From contig JAOZSS010000003.1 in assembly GCA_029939545.1 (NCBI GenBank), positions 1 to 57,232 of the forward strand: 57,232 bases of DNA. Direction: 5' to 3'. Made by a program: the position numbers and the translations under genes. The notes beneath the pieces are model-generated. The model made no database searches. It saw only the letters and a program-made list of their open reading frames with translations, and was not told the DNA's origin. Numbering within the stretch: position 1 is the stretch's first letter; each line of letters starts with the position of its first letter. Below are positions 54,103 to 57,232 of this stretch, in pieces. The DNA is from Kiritimatiellia bacterium (GTDB lineage: Bacteria > Verrucomicrobiota > Kiritimatiellia > UBA8416 > JABMPJ01).

Positions 54103-56046
54103 ATGCATCCTGCGACGCGAAGTCGCAGAAAGGCCGCGATTCTGCTTTGCACGCTGCTCGCTGCTTCACTACACGCCGCATCCGTCGTGCTGGTGCGTGG
54201 CACCAGCTCAACACCCAACCAGGCGGAGCGTAACTACGCCGCCAGAGTCACCCGGTGTGTTGAGGGGTGGCTCACCGAGCTGGGGGTCGCGCACCGGATC
54301 GTCGATGACGAGAAGGTTTCAAGACGTACACTCGAAGGGGTGCGTGTAGCCGTGTTAACCTATAACCCTACGCTCCGTGCAACAGAGCTGGCCGCGATTG
54401 ACGGGTTTGTAAAACGTGGCGGCCGCTTGGTTGTTTTCTACTCGGCTGATCCCAAACTGGCCCACCTGATGGGGGTCAGGCTGCATTCCTACCGAGCCGA
54501 TCCTACGGGTACCCGGTGGACGCGTATGAGATTTGTCGATCGGGCTCTGTCGGGCGCGCCTTCGATGGTCTATCAGCGCTCGCGCAATATCCGCCCTGTT
54601 ACACCGCGTGGGCGAGGCAAGGTGGTGGCTTACTGGGAGGATTCCAGCGGAAGACGTCGCGATCCGGCCTGGGTACAGACCGATGCAGGCTTCTGGATGA
54701 GCCACGTCTTGCTGGATGACGGCGACACGTGGCACAAGCAGCAGCTTCTCGTAGCGCTCCTGGGGCACTTCGATCCAGCCGTGTGGCCGGTGGCGGCACA
54801 GGCGGCGAGGCACCGTGCCGAAACGCTGGGCGTGTTTGACTCTTACGCCGAGACGGAACGGATCATCCGGTCGCAAGCACCGCGTACCGGGAGTGCGGCG
54901 ACCGTGGCGGCCTCGTTGGCAGCGGCGCGCAAGACACGGGCAACGCTCGAAGCCCGGGTGCAAGCGGAGGCCCACGCCGATGCCTTTGCGCAGGCGGACA
55001 TCCTCTATCATCAGCTCATGCAGGCCTACGCTTCCACATTTCAAGTTGGGGGTTATCGTATCCGTGGGGTCTGGGATCATTTTGGGCTCGGACTGTACCC
55101 GGGCGATTGGCAGCGAACCTGTCGTGAACTCGATTCGCTTGGCATCACGGACATATTTGTCAATGCGCTATGGCCCGGGAAGGCGCTCTACCCGAGCTCT
55201 GTTGTGCCAGTGGATGATGCGGTGGCGCTCTATGGCGATCCACTCAAGGACGCCGTGACGGAAGGGCAGGCGCAGGGCCTCAAGGTTCACCTCTGGAAGG
55301 TGTGCTGGAACTTGGATGGCGCGTCGGAGCAGTTCGTTGCTGATCTGCGCAGAGCCGGGCGGCTACAGCGCAGGGAGAATGGTCTCGCACTGCCTTGGCT
55401 CTGCCCGTCGCATCCCGATAACCTGCGTCACGAAAAGGATGGTCTGCGCGAAGCGCTCAAGCGCTATCCGATCGACGGTATCCACCTCGACTACATTCGC
55501 TATCCCGGTTCGCATGGCTGCTATTGCAGTGGCTGTCGCAAGCGATTCGAAGCGCATCTCGGTCGCCGTGTGAATCGCTGGCCCAAGGATGTCCGCAAGG
55601 GCACCGATCGCAAAGTCTTCACGCGTTGGCGCTGCGAACAGATCACGCGCCTGGTTCGAGATGTCAGTGCGTTGGCGCGCAAGGTGCGGCCGGGAATCAA
55701 GCTCTCAGCCGCCGTCTACGGTAAGTACCCGAGTTGCAGAGATAGCGTGGCGCAGGACTGGCCGGGATGGGTCAACGAAGGCCTGATCGACTTTGTCGTG
55801 CCGATGAACTACACCGCGAGTGAAGAGGCCTTCACCGGACTGTTGAAAAGCCAGGTGGCACTGTTGGACGATGTAACGCGTCTCTGCCCCGGCATTGGCG
55901 TAACCGCAGCGGAGAGCCGCCTGGGTGTTCCTGTCGTCCTGCAGCAGCTTGAAGAGGCACGCAGGCGCGGCGCCGGCGGGTTTGTTCTGTTCGACCTGAA
56001 CGAGGTGCTGTCGCGGGAGATTCTGCCTTACTTGGGGCTGAAATAG
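54103..56046 (+). CDS. glycoside-hydrolase-like family 10 (GHL10/DUF187) protein with N-terminal extra domain
   Basis: Signal peptide MHPATRSRRKAAILLCTLLAASLHA. DGIHLDYIRYP and VVPMNYT motifs typical of GHL10. Confidence 0.65.
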   Translation: MHPATRSRRKAAILLCTLLAASLHAASVVLVRGTSSTPNQAERNYAARVTRCVEGWLTELGVAHRIVDDEKVSRRTLEGVRVAVLTYNPTLRATELAAIDGFVKRGGRLVVFYSADPKLAHLMGVRLHSYRADPTGTRWTRMRFVDRALSGAPSMVYQRSRNIRPVTPRGRGKVVAYWEDSSGRRRDPAWVQTDAGFWMSHVLLDDGDTWHKQQLLVALLGHFDPAVWPVAAQAARHRAETLGVFDSYAETERIIRSQAPRTGSAATVAASLAAARKTRATLEARVQAEAHADAFAQADILYHQLMQAYASTFQVGGYRIRGVWDHFGLGLYPGDWQRTCRELDSLGITDIFVNALWPGKALYPSSVVPVDDAVALYGDPLKDAVTEGQAQGLKVHLWKVCWNLDGASEQFVADLRRAGRLQRRENGLALPWLCPSHPDNLRHEKDGLREALKRYPIDGIHLDYIRYPGSHGCYCSGCRKRFEAHLGRRVNRWPKDVRKGTDRKVFTRWRCEQITRLVRDVSALARKVRPGIKLSAAVYGKYPSCRDSVAQDWPGWVNEGLIDFVVPMNYTASEEAFTGLLKSQVALLDDVTRLCPGIGVTAAESRLGVPVVLQQLEEARRRGAGGFVLFDLNEVLSREILPYLGLK

Positions 56047-56134
56047 ATATCGAGCTTGTATTCGCTCATGCTCTCCGGTACTCCGGTAACACGCGCCCAT
56101 TCGATTACTCACTGGCTTATTAAGGAGCACCACT

Positions 56135-56433
56135 ATGTCAGATCTTGGCTACAGCGACACGCCTCTCATTCCCGGAACCAACTGGCACGTGCACGATGGC
56201 GAACGCCCGCAGCCGCGCATCGTCACGCCGTCGTCCGAATATGGCGCGCCGCCATCGGATACGGAGTCGTGCTCCATCATGCCAAGGAGCTACAGGGCCC
56301 CACGAAGCACATGACCACCACGCAGTACCGTCCGCACGAGCCGGAGAAGTCGCTGAAGCTACAGAACCACGGCGATCTGGTCCGCTTCCGCAACATATGG
56401 TACCGCCCGCTGACGGGCTATGATCAGGGGTAG
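56135..56433 (+). pseudogene. remnant of a DUF1080 (3-keto-disaccharide hydrolase-like) gene
   Basis: ATG at 56135 gives MSDLGYSDTPLIPGTNWHVHDGERPQPRIVTP (typical family N-terminus), then stops at about 56313. The typical C-terminus LQNHGDLVRFRNIWYRPL is in another frame, ending at 56433. The middle of the gene is missing. Confidence 0.6.
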
Positions 56434-56613
56434 AGGGAGGCTCTTGATGGACTGCGGTCCGCTTGGAGAGCGGGCCCTACCTTACCCTTGTGCAGTGAGG
56501 ATCGACGGTCAGGTAGGACGACGCGCTCTCCGAGCGCGCCGGAAAAGACCGCCTTTTTTTACTTGTTCACAATGCCCTCGCAAGGCATTATCCGTCACTC
56601 ATTTCAATCTTGG

Positions 56614-56698
56614 GGCGGGGTACTCAAGTGGACAACGAGGAGAGACTGTAAATCTCTTGGCTATGCCTTCGAAGGTTCGAATCCTTCCCCCGCCACCA
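56614..56698 (+). tRNA. tRNA-Tyr (anticodon GUA), CCA encoded
   Basis: GGCGGGG acceptor / CCCCGCC-A-CCA. Anticodon loop CUGUAAA. Long variable arm. T-arm GAAGGTTCGAATCCTTC. Nearly collinear with E. coli tRNA-Tyr. 85 nt. Confidence 0.95.
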
Positions 56699-56708
56699 TT
56701 CTCTAAAT

Positions 56709-56723
56709 CCCTGCGTTGCAGGG
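56709..56723 (+). terminator. hairpin after the tRNA (weak terminator)
   Basis: CCCTGC-GTT-GCAGGG followed by the T-rich CGTTATGTTTTA. Confidence 0.35.
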
Positions 56724-56816
56724 CGTTATGTTTTATGGTGCCGACACCCCTCTGACGCCGCATTCTCGCGCCCGTCAATCCGACTCCGAAAAAGGCGGTC
56801 ACCCAAAGTCACCCAT

Positions 56817-56866
56817 GGACTGTGGTATTTGTGGGTCTTAGAAGTACCACAGAAGTACCACAGTCC
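56817..56866. repeat. about 18-bp-stem hairpin containing a tandem 11-mer (AGAAGTACCAC x2)
   Basis: GGACTGTGGTATTTGTGG ... CCACAGAAGTACCACAGTCC. Confidence 0.6.
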
Positions 56867-56951
56867 AAAGGAGTGAGAAAGCAGACGATTTCTCTGCTAT
56901 GTGGGGCAGGAACGAAAGGGAAAGGGAATCGCGCAGGTGTGGAGCACCGCG

Positions 56952-57150
56952 CTACGGTACCAAGAACTCGATTTCTTCGGCTCTGAATCGGGTGAAACGG
57001 CGTGAAATCTTGGCAGGGGTGAGCTGACCCCGTTCGACCATTCGCCAGACGTCGCGGGGTGACGCTGAGAATCTGCGCGACTTCCCGTGCCGTGAGGAAA
57101 CGAGTCTTCCCGCGTGAATCTGAGCGGTGCGCTTCGATCTCCGGGTTCCG
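56952..57150 (-). pseudogene. frameshifted excisionase/AlpA-type HTH gene
   Basis: One frame reads RFLTAREVAQILSVTP. The adjacent frame continues SPRDVWRMVERGQLTPAKISRRFTRFRAEEIEFLVP*. Together they give a canonical excisionase-family HTH, split by a 1-nt frame change near 57055. Confidence 0.55.
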
Positions 57151-57232
57151 GCAGACACGAATGACGAGCTTCCTGTGGAGGGTGTAACCGGTCTTCCGCT
57201 CTCACTCATGCGACTAAGCGCCCCCCATTTTC

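Overview
GC-rich bacterial chromosomal window. The gene content points to the PVC superphylum: a DUF1549/DUF1553 + DUF1501 + PPC-domain triad and a DUF1559 prepilin-like protein. This taxonomic call is an inference. Most of the window is housekeeping: lysA-like, mfd, rpoN, lpxB/lpxI, argF, pyrB, mlaEFD, guaB, ruvC, yebC, an EF-G paralog and tRNA-Tyr. Three accessory regions stand out. (1) 4.5-9.6 kb, minus strand: a well-supported cobalamin riboswitch with a terminator/antiterminator expression platform. It precedes an operon of two large paralogous secreted proteins of unknown family and a DUF1559 pseudopilin-like protein, rather than a btuB, cob or metE gene. This is my best candidate for an undescribed B12-responsive surface or corrinoid-capture system. 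(2) 16.1-22.9 kb: a small islet with a HepT/MntA toxin-antitoxin pair, a second nucleotidyltransferase-fold module, a frameshifted AlbA_2/HATPase_c_4 regulator, and an SNF2 helicase coupled to a SWIM protein that carries an unusual C-terminal XRE helix-turn-helix (HTH). (3) 45.8-53.2 kb: a tightly coupled type I R-M operon (HTH-hsdM, hsdS, four-helix-bundle protein, hsdR, DUF45 peptidase). Six copies of a 25-34 nt element interrupt it in-frame. Each copy consists of tandem palindromic 9-mers (GTCSGACNN) that translate as (Ser-Asp-X)n. I saw this element nowhere else in the window. The right edge holds tRNA-Tyr followed by a frameshifted excisionase-like gene, which looks like an integrative-element boundary. 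All family calls come from motif recognition by eye; no searches were run.
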